From positions 153,760,001 through 153,824,000 of the forward strand of contig NC_091475.1 in NCBI RefSeq assembly GCF_036971445.1: a stretch of DNA of 64,000 nucleotides, in the 5' to 3' direction. The notes under the pieces were generated by a model that saw nothing but the letters and a program-made list of their open reading frames with translations, had not been told where the DNA came from and made no database searches. Positions within the stretch are counted from its first letter, which is position 1. Each line of letters begins with the position of its first letter. Shown piece by piece: positions 38,126 through 50,700 of this stretch. The translations under genes and the position numbers were made by a program. Source of the DNA: Narcine bancroftii. Its lineage: Eukaryota.

Positions 38126-41100
38126 TATAACATGATCAATTATACTCAACAGACCAGAAGTCTAGATTAATAGGCTTTAATGGCTATAAACATAGGCATA
38201 TCTTGCATGCTGTTGGCCTGATTCCAAGACAGTACTGAGGGAAGTGATTGGACGGTACTACCTAACCTTTATTAGGAATCCTGGAGGGGGAATGTTAAGT
38301 AAATGATATGTAAAGGGTTGACACACTAAACAGTCACCATTAAATACCTGAAAAAAATTTAGCTCTGGGGGGGTAGGTAGGATAGGATAGTTTAGGTGGT
38401 AAGTTGGGGGAAGGTTGGGTAAGGGTTTTTTTTTTATTGCTGTTATTTTTTTAATGTTTTACGTTTTGTAAAATCTTTAAATAAAATTTTCAAAAGATAG
38501 GAATCCTGGAGGGAGAGGAGTTACCATATCAGGGCAGGCCAACCAGTACAATGACTATAATACAGTGTTCCATCACGTTCACACCTTTTGAAACAAAGTC
38601 TGACGGGGTGAAGTGTCAGAGTCCATTCAGAGTCTTTTTACAGGTTCAACCTGCCCGGTGGATTTGTCTGTTGAGCTGACCATCACAGTGCTGGCTATGG
38701 TGTTACTGTAGGCTCCAGGACAGTGCTCTGTGTGACGCAGTTCAATTCAGATGGCTGAACTTAATAAGTTGGGGCTGGATTGGGGTGGGGTGGTGGGTTG
38801 GGTTTGGGGCAGTGCAACTGGTGCTGATGGTGGTGTTGGATCCTTGACTGTGTCTCTCTTAGTTGTGGGGAAGGTGTGGGGGGGGTGATGGTCGATCAAC
38901 CATGTTGGTTAAGTGAGCGCCTCAGTTGCGTGGTCTCCCGCATATGCCAGGTCCCGGACAGAGACAGTGTCTCTCTGCCCATCCTGCTACTGCATGTAGA
39001 CATACTGGGGGTTTGCGTGGAGGAGGTGGACCTTCTCAACTCGGGGGTCTGCTTTTGGATTTGGATATGTCTTTGGAGTAGCAAAAGCCCTGGGGTCGTC
39101 AGTCAGACCAGTAGAGTTGATCCCAACACTGACCTCCTGGGGAAGGAGAATAATTTTTCATTCTCTTTTGACTTGAGGGCCAGGAGGACTGCCATCCAAA
39201 TGATGTCATTCTCCCTTTCCACCTGGCTATTCCCTCTGGGGTTATAGCTGGTGGTCCTGCTCGTGGCTTTGCCCTTGGCTAACAGGTATTGGTGCAACTC
39301 CTCGCTCATGAATGAGGAAATCTGGTCATTGTAGATGTAACTTTGGTATCTGAAGAATGTGAAGAGGTTATGCAGGGACTTAATAACAGTGACTGTAGTC
39401 ATATCTGGGCAGGGGTTGGCAAACAGGAACAATGTTGAGAAAATGCACATTCCAGTTCATGGAAGGGGCCCTTGAAGTCTATGCTTGGATGTTTGAAGGG
39501 ACGAGTGGCCTTGATCAGGCGAGCTTTCTCAGGCTGGTAGAAGTGTGGCTTGCACTCCGTACAGACTAGGCAGCTATGGGTTAGCTCCCTGACATCCTCA
39601 ACTGGGTATGGGAGGTTGTGGGCTCTCATAAAGTGATAGAGCCTGGTGACCCTCGGGTGGCAGAGGCGGTTGTGAGGGCCTTAGAAGCAATCTGCTTGCA
39701 CGTTGGTACAGATACCCCAAGACAGGGCATCAAGAGGCTCGTTGAGCTTCCTGGTCCAGTACAAATCCATTGTTGTAGATGAACAGTTTAGGATCTTGTC
39801 ATTATTTTTCCCCCACTGTTTGTTGTTAAACATAAATGCATCTGTACATTGGTCAGTCAGCAGGATGAACAGTTTGACATTTATATAATGGCTCCAATAG
39901 CACACAGCTTCCTCTATGGCCTGGGCCTCTTTCTGAGTGCTGGGATTCAAGGCTCTGGAGGGTATGTGAGAAAAATGTCACCAGCCTGCCTGCTTGGTTC
40001 AGTGTGACCACCAGGGCAAGTTCGGACACATCGCTCTCCCTCCAGGATGAGATGGATTTGTCTCCAGCAAGCATCGCCACCTTGGGAATGTTGCCTTTGA
40101 TGTGAGTGAAATCCACTTGAGCTTCTGCCAATGGGGGGAAAGGTGGTAGATTTTTTTAACCAGGGGATGGGCTTTGTCCACATAATTAGGGACCCATTGT
40201 GTATAAAATGAAAAGAACCCAGGCACCTTCTTAGGGCGATGGGGAGTGGGATCTCTGCAGGGGCCACATACACTCAGGGTTGGGTCCAAAAACTCCATTC
40301 TCCACCAATCATCCTATATAGCCAGATGCGAAATGCAAAACACGCATTACTTCTAGTTATACATGATATTTAGGGCTTTAGCTCTCTGGAGGAATTTCTA
40401 CAGGTTAGCATTGTGGTCATGCAGGTTATGGCCACAGATGGTCACATCGTCCAGGTAGGGAAATGTAGCCTTTAGTTGATGGTTGTCCACCATTCAATCC
40501 ATCTCCCACCGGAAAACCAAAAATCCAATTGTGACTTTAAAGGGGACCCTGAAGAAATGGTAGAGGTGGCTGTCTGCCTTGAATGATGTGGAAAGGCTGT
40601 CCTCCAGGTGGATCAGGAGCTGGTGATAGGCCGACTTGAGGTTAATGGTGGAGAAGATCTGGTATTGGGCAATCACGTTCACCAAGTCGACTATGCCAGG
40701 GAGGGGATAGGCGTCCAAGACAAAGAACCGGTTGATGGTCTGGCTGTAGTCTATGACCATCCTGTGCTTCTCTCTGCTCTTCACAACCATGACCTGCAGC
40801 CTCCAAGGGCTGGTTTACCTCAGCCTTATAAATGGCTCTGTCCTTGGGGCTGCATTACTTAATTGTCACAGGCTTACAGTCAGGAATGAGGCTTTCAAAA
40901 AATGGCGGGGGAGGGTGGTGGTGGGAACTAGAGGCTGGACAGACTGCAGGTTGTGAGCAGTGGGTGGTGGTCAGGCCACTGATTGGCTGGGTTCGGGAAA
41001 ATGGGCAGAAGGTTTAAAACCTGGTTATTACAGACAGTGGGAGGGGAACCTTTCATATTGCATCAGAACACTTAAGTTGGTACTGGAAGTCCAGCTCCAG

Positions 41101-42530
41101 TATGTGGCATAACGACCAATTTAAAATTCTTGGTGCCACCCATAGTTAGTGTCGCTGTACATCTACCTTGAATTTTGGTTGAGTGGGACTTAGAGACAAC
41201 ATGATTTTACATTGGACTGGGGTCACTGTGAGGGAGTGGGTGTATGAAGCTTTTTGTGCTTCCCATGTCGAACAAGCTAATGTGGATGTTTACATCAATG
41301 TTCATGGTGCACCTTGCTAATTGATGAGGGCTGCTCTGGTCCAGAACAATGGGTTTCAGTGTCAGTTCGTTGTCTGACCTGCTGCCACTGTATAGTTGCG
41401 TCAGTGACCTCCAAGATGACTGCCCCCATGGTTTGCATGTGGTCGTCACCAGAAATGATGCCAACCTGGGCCTCTTGCTCGGGTTCCAGATGCACTGTTC
41501 TCTGCGACTGGAAGTAGAGCCGGAAATGATGTGGTCCCTGATGGCGACAACTGCTGTTTGTATGTGGTGCTGCAAGGGGTAGGTCTGGACTTCCATACCC
41601 TTGCATAGTGTCCTTTACTTCCACAGCTGGAGCAAGTTGTGCTTCTGACAGGGCAGTTCTTCCGTGGGTGCTTCGTCTGGCCGCAGTAATAGTACCTCGG
41701 GTGCTTATTGATAGCGGTTGCTGTTTAGGACCCTGCATCCCAAGATGACGGTGCCAGTGTTCTAACGTGAAGGCTACGTGGCTGATGAAGTAAGCCTTTG
41801 CATTCTGTTGGTCCATCTCTAGTGCCCTGGATAGATCGACCATGCCCTACAGGGTCCGATCGGCCTTCTCTGAGCCTTTGTCTGATATGATCAGACCTGA
41901 ATCTAACTACACAGGTGTCCCTGATCAGATCCTCCTGATAGACGGCTGCCATAATGCCAGTGCAGCCAAAAGCTTGCCGCAGCTCCCATAAGGCCCGAAC
42001 GGACTCAGCAGGTGCTTGTCGACAACTGCCCAGGAGGTATCTGGCGTAAATTATGTTCTTCAGGGCCAGATACTACTTTTTCAGGAACCCCTTAACGACT
42101 GAGTAATTCTCAATCTCTGATCATTAGGAAAATGCAGTGGCTGACTTGTTCAAACAGCAGGTCTCCCTTATTGACTTCTTCCTGAATGTCGAGTCACCTC
42201 ATAAAGGCACTGGTCGAATTTTATGGATGCCTCTGTATCCTTAGGGTCAGTGTCCAGCTTCTCCATGCGAATAGCCTTGTCCATGGCAGGTAGGTATAGC
42301 GATTAAATTGTAGCTCTATCAATTAGGCACGACAGACTGGAAGTAGAGATTAATAGGCTTTAATGCTATAAACTTACAGGCATATCTTGCATGCTGTTGC
42401 CCAATTTAAAGGCAGTATCGAGGGAAGGGATTGGGCGGTACTACCTTTATTAGGAATCTTGGAAGGGGAGGAGTTACAGTATTGGGGCAGGCCAACCAGA
42501 AAAATGCCTGTAATATAGTGTTCCAATGCA
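38126..42530 (-). mobile_element. Mag-like Gypsy LTR retrotransposon, degraded provirus with two short LTRs
   Basis: LTRs at 38126-38575 (with insertion) and 42309-~42530; probable 5-bp TSD CACAC/CACAA. Gag ATG at 42284 (MDKAIRMEKLDTDP); double knuckle YYCGQTKHPRKNCP...CSSCGSKGH; protease FDMGST; RT RMVIDYSQTINRF and PYLDD; integrase YNPRGNSQVEREN. Confidence 0.88.
38289..38497 (+). mobile_element. Short LINE (L1-like) 3' UTR insertion into the LTR
   Basis: Flanked by the 16-bp duplication TAGGAATCCTGGAGGG (38273-38288 and 38498-38513). G-rich then T-rich, ending AATAAAATTTTCAAAAGA. Absent from the partner LTR. Confidence 0.8.
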
Positions 42531-43219
42531 CAAACTTCACTCGTGAATCTGCAGGGGTCATTTAATGTATCTAATGCTCCTGATGTGATCTCTTACCTGA
42601 TAGCCTGTGCTCTTACCCCTGCCTCTTCTTTCCTCCTCTTCACCTCTCCACTCCTCTGACCTTTTTATTTCAGGCATCTGCCTCCTTTTTTCCTCATACC
42701 TTGACAAAGGCCCAAAACATCAGGGTTGCCCTTTAGTTTCCATAGATGCAGCATTCTCCAGCATGAGATGATTACTCCAGTCCTTTCTGTTGCAGCTACT
42801 TCTGCATTCTGGCATGAAACAGTGTGTGTTTTATTTTTGGATATCATTCAATTCATAATCTCGTATTTCAGTAAAAGGTCTTCCCCACAAGTCATCTCTA
42901 GGGAAGGGACCATCAGTGATAAAGGGAGTGAGAATTTAATGAAAAAAAAACAATGTACAATGTGTAGATGCTACCTACAAATACTCTTCCTTCCATGACT
43001 TTCGTTGATTCTGTTACTGCTGACCAAAATGACTCTGTCTGGCATTAGATTGCCCAGAGATTAATCAATCAATCTAACTTGCAAACTTAAAAAGTGATTC
43101 ATTTATAATCCCCAGAAGTACACACCTTCAGAATAACTTCACTTGGTTACATTGTTCCAGGCCCATCAACACACCCTGTTGTATGGAACCTATATTAATA
43201 CCCTGGGTCTGAGCTTGTT

Positions 43220-44397
43220 CATGTCCTTCGATAAGGTCCCGCATAAATGACTGGCTTCCAAAATCAAGGCTCATGGGATTGGGGGCAAAGTATTGATGTG
43301 GATTGTGAACTGGCTGGCAGGTAGAAGACAGAGAGTTGGGATAAATGGCTCGTTTTCTGAGTGGCATGCGGTGACCAGTGGGGTGCCACAGGGATCTGTA
43401 CTGGGATCCCAGCTGTTCACAATTTACATTAATGATCTGGATGAGGGGATTGGATGTAATATCTCCAAATTTGCAGATGACACTAAGCTAGGAGGGGTTG
43501 TGTGCACGGAAGAGGGGGTCAGGAAGCTCCAGTGTGATTTGGATAAATTGAGGGACTGGGCAGATACATGGCAAATGCACTACAATGTGGATAAATGTGA
43601 GGTTATCCACTTTGGTAATACAAACCGGAGGGCAGATTACTATTTGAATGGCAATAATTAAGAGATGGGGAAGTGCAGAGAGACCTAGGGGTACTTGTAC
43701 ACCAGTCTCTGAAGGCGAGCATGCAGGTACAGCAGGCAGTTAAAAAGGCAAATGGTATGTTGGCCTTCATATCAAGAGGGTTTGAGTATAGGAACAAGGA
43801 TACTTTACTGCAGCTGTACAGGGCCTTGGTGAGACCACACCTGGAGTATTGTGTGCAGTTTTGGTCACCTTATCTAAGGAAGGATGTTCTTGCAATGGAG
43901 GGAGTGCAGAGGCGATTCACCAGGCTGATACCTGGAATTGCAGGAATGACTTATGAGGAAAGATTGCGCAATTTGGGATTGTACTCGCTGGAGTTTAGAA
44001 GATTGAGAGGGGATCTCATAGAGACATATAAAATTCTGGCAGGACTGGACAGAATGGATGCAGATGGGATGTTTCCAATGATGGGAAAATCCAGAACCTG
44101 GGGCCATGGTTTGAGGATAATAGGCAAACCATTTAGGACCGAGATGAGGAGGAATTTCTTGACCCAGAGGGTGGTGAATCTGTGGAATTCATTGCCACAG
44201 AGGGCAGTAGAGGCAGGTTCATTAAATATATTTAAGAGGGAATTAGATATATTTCTTCAGTATAAGGGTATTAAAGGTTACGAAGAGAAGGCGGGGACGG
44301 GGTCTGAACTTTAAGATCAGCCATGATCTCATTGAATGGCGGAGCAGGCTCGAAAGGTCGAATGACCTACTCCTGCTCCTATCTTCTATGTTTCTAT
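43220..44397 (+). mobile_element. Relatively young 5'-truncated CR1 LINE
   Basis: FDKVPH, GVPQGSVLG and FADD (ORF 43293-43661), a frameshift near 43655, then ORF 43673-44314 (RDLGV, LVRPHLEYCVQFWSP). Tail TCTATGTTTCTA. Confidence 0.9.
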
Positions 44398-45544
44398 AAA
44401 CACATTGTATGCAGCTCACAAATTCCAAAAAGCAACCTTGATAATTCACATCAGTGTTCTGCACCATTTGCTTATATTAACATTTCTAATAGGGAATAAG
44501 ATCACAGGTGTGACATGCAGGGACTCTGGTAAAATGGTCAACAGACACCAAGAATAAAATATTTCACTAGTTGGAGTCATACTTACTCAAAGGAGGATGA
44601 TTATTGTTGCTGAAAATCAAAAATTTCAGCCCAGAACATTGTCGCTGGAGTTCCTCAGGGCTCAGACTTGCTCAGCTATGACGATGACGTTCCTCGCTTT
44701 ATAGTGACAAAAATACAGGTGGTTACTGATAATTTCATAATGTTCAGTTCCATTTGATGCCCTTTAGAAAATGAAGATGCGCCTGGCCACTTGCAGCAAG
44801 ACAGAGAAAACAAGCAGGCAGGGACGTATTAGTGGCACATAATATTTATTTAGACATCCATTGCCTCCAATAAAAAAAGTGTCACTTTGAGAATTGAGTT
44901 TGAAGATAATTTGGGAATTGAACATGACCTTGTACTTGATGGTAAATGCTATTACTATTTAAAAGTATTCCACCACCAATTTCCTGTGGGTTAGCATCAA
45001 ATGGATCTGCTTCATTGATACTGAGAAGTTCAAATCTGAAGCTGGCATTCCATTGCTTCACCACCAAGTCAGTGAACTATGAAAAGCACTCTATACTTCT
45101 CTTCCACAAAGTTTAAGAAGTTTATCATCAAAGAAAAATAGTTCCATTAACACCCATTTCATCACCCATTCCATCTTCCACTAGAGAACAATGTCTCTAT
45201 CAATTACAAAATGCATTCAATAATCACCGAGCCTTTTTCAAAAACCCACCCCAAAATCCATGACTTCTACCACGATGAAGGCAAAGGGCACATGGGAACA
45301 CTATTGCTTGGAAACATGTTACCCTTTTCTTCATTAACACAGCTTGTAGCTTCTCAACAACAAAGTGGAAATACCATAACCAGAAGAATGTTATGGATCA
45401 AGAAAGGAGCTCACCACTGCATTCTCAAGAGCAGCTAAGGTGGAGAATAAATGCTGACCTTTTCATCAGTGTCCACAGACCATACATAAATTTTTAAACC
45501 ATAAATTAAGAGAACATTTCTTTCAAGTTACTTATTGATTTGTT

Positions 45545-47790
45545 TTCACTGGACCTCTACAGAAATATTGAGAACAAAAGGCTAGCAAGGGACAAAATTG
45601 ATCATTTTGAAGATCCAAGTGGTCAGTGGTCATCTGTCCTTTGGTGCCAAAGATTATGGAGGTGATTTTGAATGGATTTTTTGCATCTGTATTTACTTGG
45701 GAAATGGACATTAAGTAGAAAGAAGTGAATCAAAACAACAGAGATTACAGAGGAGAATGTGTTTGCGGACCTAAGGCAAATAAGAATGCAAGAAGGGCTT
45801 CCGAAGGGCCTTGGGTGCTGAAGGCTTCCTGATTGTGTCAGAGCTTTGGAACTGGAGATCAGATTGCTGATTGATGAAATAGGGTTATGTGTGGTTGAAG
45901 AAACTGTGGGACACCCAGTGTCTCTGAAGGAACTCTTTTTGTACTCGTTCTCCCATATGTAAAGGGTGCCGGGTAATGCTAAAAGTGACTCTTTGACTAA
46001 CAGCAGGCAGAAGGAAATTTTGTGCAATATTACATTTTCTGTATTATTACATGATAATAAAGGAATCTTGGAATCTTGATAAGTGCCAAGAGCCTGACAG
46101 CATATTCCCTCAAACCTTGAGGGAGGCTCATGCACCAATTGTAGGGCCTGAGCAGAGATATTTAAAGAATCAGAATTTATTGTCAAGAACCTGTCATGAA
46201 ATTCATTGTTTTGCGGCAGGATTTTGCATTGCAAACATTCAGATGAACCACCTTGCAACAATAAACGTCAAAGTAAGGCTAGTGTCTTTGATTCATTGGC
46301 TATTCAGGAATCTGTGGCACCACATGCCACTGAGTGCTCTTCTTCAGGCCTTTTCCCGATGGTAGCAGTGTGAAGAGGGTATGCCCTGGGTGATCAGAGT
46401 CCTTGAGGATAGGGGCTGCTTTCTTAAGACACTGCCTCTTGTATATGTCCTCGATGGAGTGAAGTCTGGTGCCCATGATGTCCCAGGCTGAGTTTAACAA
46501 CCCTCTGGAGTTTTTTTCTTGCCCTGAGCATTAGTACCTCCAAACCAGATAGTGATGCAACCAGCTAGAATGCATTTCATGATACACCTATAGATTTCAA
46601 GAGTCTTTGGTGTTGTGCTGAATCTCCTCAAACACCTCACAAGGTATAGCCGCTGGCAAGTCTTCTTCGTGATTGCATCAACATGGAGGCTCTAGGACAG
46701 ATCCTCAGGAATTTGAAGTTTTTGACCCACTCCACTACTGAGCCCACAATGAGAACTGGATCGAATTCTACTGATTTCAAGGTTGAGGTGCTAGATGATT
46801 GGAGGATATCTAATATTGTTCCATTGTTTTAAAAAGAGTCTAAGAATAATTTTGGAAATTATTGGCCAATGTGCCTGACATTAATATTGGCAAGGTTATT
46901 TGAAGGTATCTTCAGAAACTGAATATATAAGTACTTGGATAGACAAGGACTGGTTATGATGGTCAATGTGGCTTTGTGTGTAACGTCCAATCAAGGAGGT
47001 TACCAGAAATTTAATAAAATAAAGGCAGTGGATGTTATCTACATGGACTTTAGTAAAGTCTTTGACAAGATCCCACATGGGAGGTTGGTCAAGAAGGTTC
47101 AGTTGCTCAGTATTCCAGATGAGGTAGTAAATTGAATTGTATATTGGTTTTGTGGGAGAAGCCAGAGAGTAATGGTAGGGGATTGCCCTTCTGGAGGCCT
47201 GAGACTTGTGGTGTGCCTCAGGGATTGGTGCTGGATCCATTGTTGTTTGGTCATCTATATCAGGGATCTGAATGATAATGTTGTTAATAGGATGAGCAAA
47301 TTTGCAGATGATACTAAGATTGAGGGTGTAGTGGAGAGTCAGGAAGGCTTTCAAAGCTTGCAGTGGATCTGAACCAGCTGGAAAAATAAGCTGCAAAATA
47401 GCAGGTGGAATTTAATGCAAACAAGTGTTGACAAACCAGGAGGGGTTCACTATTGCTTGGTAAGCAATAGGGCATTGAGGTGTGTGGTAGAACAGAGGGA
47501 TCTGGGAATTCAGCGGCATAATTCTGTCTTGTCGGAAGATTGGGTTATAAAGAGAGTTTTTGGCACATTGAACTTAGTAAATCAAAATATTGAATACAGA
47601 AGTTGGGATGTTAAGGTGAAGTTGCACAAGACAATGGTGTGACCAAGTTTGAAGTATTCTGTGAAGTTTTGCCCCCTACCTACCGGAAAATTATTGATAT
47701 TTGAAAGCGTACAGAGAAAATGTATAAGTATGTTGCCAGGACTTGAGGAGCTGAGTTATAGGGAAAGGTTGAAAAGATTAGGCTTTCAGA
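45545..47790 (+). mobile_element. Degraded CR1 ORF2 with two nested inserts (~45790-46078 and ~46165-46778)
   Basis: RDKI, ITEENV, DKCQEPDSIFPQTLREA, DFSKVFDKIPHGRL, FADDTKI and QRDLG occur in order across the inserts. Confidence 0.75.
46165..46778 (-). mobile_element. Rex1/Babar LINE 3' fragment nested in CR1
   Basis: Encodes IEDIYKRQCLKKAAPILKDSDHPGHTLFTLLPSGK; tail AGAATCAGAATTTATT on the + strand. Confidence 0.75.
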
Positions 47791-48494
47791 AACACAATTA
47801 ACCTTTTTTTGAACCATTAAAGATAATTAAAAGCAAATGCTCTCTTGTTTTTTTTCCACAAAAAAGAAATCCATTCTCTTATATACATATATATATATCA
47901 TTACAGGGATCATAGTATCAAACCTCTTATAACTTGCTTGTTAGAAGTTGACACTATTCTCCTATTCATAAAAAAAAGTCAAATGCAACCAAGAGACAAC
48001 AGCATCAAAAGGAATATAACAAAAATGGAACAGCAAATCAAAAGCAGTATGTATCAGGTTCGTTGATGGGAAAGAAACCAGAAGAAAAACTTGGCTCAAA
48101 GGCATATGGATCTGTTTGTTTCATTTACACTGGGTTGTTCATATTTTTCTGTTGATAATACACTTCAAATAACCATTTCATATTCATGCATTCTGAAAAA
48201 TGTTACAACCATTACAAATGCATGAGCTAAAGGGAGAGTTTTAAATAGCTTCAGGATATGTACTCTGGTCAGGCTCACACCCTTGGTGAATAATAGTTGA
48301 ATTTGCTTGGCTGAGTTGAACCATAAAACAAAGAATTGCAATTGTCCTACACATCAAAAAATCAAAATCTGTTGCCCAGCAGGCTGAAGGGATCAATGAA
48401 AACAAATGTGAGGATGGGAATGGCAGGTGGAAAGTTGGGAAATCCACAGATAAATCTGCTGATAGTCTAACCTGGGTGCATGGCTAAATTCATG

Positions 48495-50700
48495 TTCAAA
48501 TCAAGTTCAAGTTCAAATTTGTTGCCAGAGTACCTACATAACATATACAACCCTGGGATTCTTTTTCCTGCGAGCCAGGCAGAATTTCTTCTTATCGGTA
48601 GTGTAAACTACTCAAGAAAAAGATTTGTATAAAATAAGTGAGAAATATAAGCCATCAAAGATTGTAAACAAATTAACTATGCAAATACAGGAAAAAAAAA
48701 ATTATTACTTCTATATTCAGAGCAAAGTAAAAGTCCTTAAATGAGTCTCTGATTGAGTTTGTTATTGAGGAGGCCGATGGTGGAAGGGTAGCAATTGTTT
48801 CTGAACTTGGTGGTAAGAGTCTTGTGACATCCATACCACTTTCCTCATGGCAGCAGGGAGAAAAGTGCATGTCCTGGGTGGTGTGGATCCTTGATGGTTC
48901 CTGATGCTCTCCAGCCACAGCATTCCATGTAGATTTTATCGATGGTCGGGAGAGGTTTGCCTGTAATGCACTGCAGTGATGTCATTAGGGTTGGTGTCAC
49001 CCAGTGCAGCAGTAACTTCTGATGTTCTTCCCCCCACACCCCCCCCCCCACCACATTGGACCGCTTCATACAGAATCCTCAGTAATGTTTTTTGTGCCAA
49101 TGGTACTTGTAAATTGTAATTCCCATACATCACTGAATGTAATGGCAATAGTAGTGAGATAAACATCTATCAAAATTAAAATTACATCTTTAAATCACAA
49201 AATTGTTTGCACAGCCTATATGTTTAATGTGATTAAAGTGAAAATTTGGTAAGTAAACAATAGAATTTGAAATAAAAACATTTAAGAACTACATCAAAAT
49301 TATGTTGATTTTAACATTAAACTTTATTGTTACATGAAATATATTACTAATTACCACAATATTGTAGCTATAACACAAGAAAATTTGACAAAAGCAATGA
49401 CAATATAAACATCAGCAGCAACAAAAACAATAGCGCTTGCTTGTAGTGTGTGCAGGCAAAACGACATGATTCGAAGCATCATTGTAATTGGGTAATAATG
49501 ACAGATTGGACGGGAGCACATTAGAAGGTTCAAAAAGTAAATTAGCTTCAAGTTTTAGCCTTGTAGGTATATTGATACATCTAAGCTGGGCCGACAAAAA
49601 ATGTTTTTGTTGTTATAATGAACTACATGGTTATTTTTATATTTAAAAAAAAAATATTCTGTCTGAAACACTGAATAAAAATTTTGTAGACCGTCATTTT
49701 GTTGTCACCCCTCTGATGGTGTCACCCGATGCGGTCTGCACCCCACCCCCCCTCACCCCCTAGTGACACCAGTGATGTATTGGGCTTTGTCCTCTATTGC
49801 AGGGTTTTCTGCTCAGAAGTATTGGCCCCTATACCTGACCATGATGCAGCTGGTTAGCACAGTTTCCATTACACATCTGTAGAAGTTTGCTGAGGATTTC
49901 ATACCAAACCTTCGCAAACTGAGTAGAGACTGCTTCACGATGACATTAGTATTTTGGGACCTAGAAAGATTCTATGAAATGGTGACTCCAGGAATTTAAA
50001 TTTGCTCATCCTCTCCACTCTGATCTCACTGTGATCACTGGATCACACACATCTGGTTTTCCTTTTTAAAGCCTACAATCAGCTCCTTAGTTTTGGTGAC
50101 ATTGAGTGAAACATTGTTAGTACATCATTCAGCCAAATTTTCAATATCTGAATGCTGACTCATCACCCCTTTTTATGCAGCCCATAACTGTAGCAAATGT
50201 GTAAATAGTGTTGTTGTCGTACTGAGCCACAGTCATGGGTATAAAGCAAGTAAAGCAGGGGGCTAAGTATGCAGCCCTGTGGTGCTCCTTAACGGATGAG
50301 ATTTTGGAGGAGATGTTCTTGTCAATCAGCACTGATTGGGGTCTGGAGGTGAGGAAATCCAGGATACAATTACATGATCAGGTATTGAGGCCCATGTCTT
50401 GAAGTTTGCAGATGATTTTTGAGGGGATTATGGTGTTGAATGTCAAACTGTTGTCAAAAAAGAGCACCTTGATAGGTGCACCTTTGCTGTCCAGGTATTC
50501 TAGGATTTTGCGCAGAGCCAGTGAAATGGCATCTGCTGTAGACCTGTGGCTGTGGTAGGCAAATTGGAACAGATCCATGTTACTGCTCAGACAAGGAGCT
50601 GATAGCTTCAATTCCAGCCTCTGAAAACACTTCATCCCTGTGGATACGAGCGCTGCTGGTTGTTAGGCATTTAGATAGGTTACCACGCTCTGCTTGGGCA
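48495..50700 (-). mobile_element. Rex1/Babar LINE, degraded, interrupted by a hAT element
   Basis: Encodes MKCFQRL, QFAYHSHRSTADAI, FNTIIPSK and IKDPHHPGHALFSLLP; tail (TTCAAG)n on the + strand. Confidence 0.8.
48974..49774. mobile_element. Non-autonomous hAT DNA transposon (801 bp)
   Basis: TIRs CAGTGATGTCATTAGG / CCTAGTGACACCAGTG. 8-bp TSD ATGCACTG / ATGTATTG. Subterminal TGTCACCC motifs at both ends. The Rex sequence is continuous across the insertion. Confidence 0.8.

Larger units (their letters stand above)
37295..42765 (+). mobile_element. Degraded Penelope-like element with inverted terminal repeats, split by an LTR element
   Basis: 37295-37425 is an inverted copy of 42655-42765. Coding remnants at 37770-38120 (RNRSLQ, GTYPCNCKKYYT) resume after the Gypsy at ~42531 with FTRESAGVI.CI.CS, which precedes the GIY-YIG domain. 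Confidence 0.65.

Noticed and set aside
42695-42725. Hammerhead ribozyme in Penelope terminal repeats (also ~37365-37385 and ~9850-9870)
   Set aside because: The position fits, but the CTGATGA...GAAAC core is mutated or deleted in every copy (e.g. CTTGACAAAGGCCCAAAAC), so no intact ribozyme can be supported.
45623-46261. 212-aa minus-strand ORF
   Set aside because: It crosses several unrelated TE fragments in antisense and has no recognisable domain.
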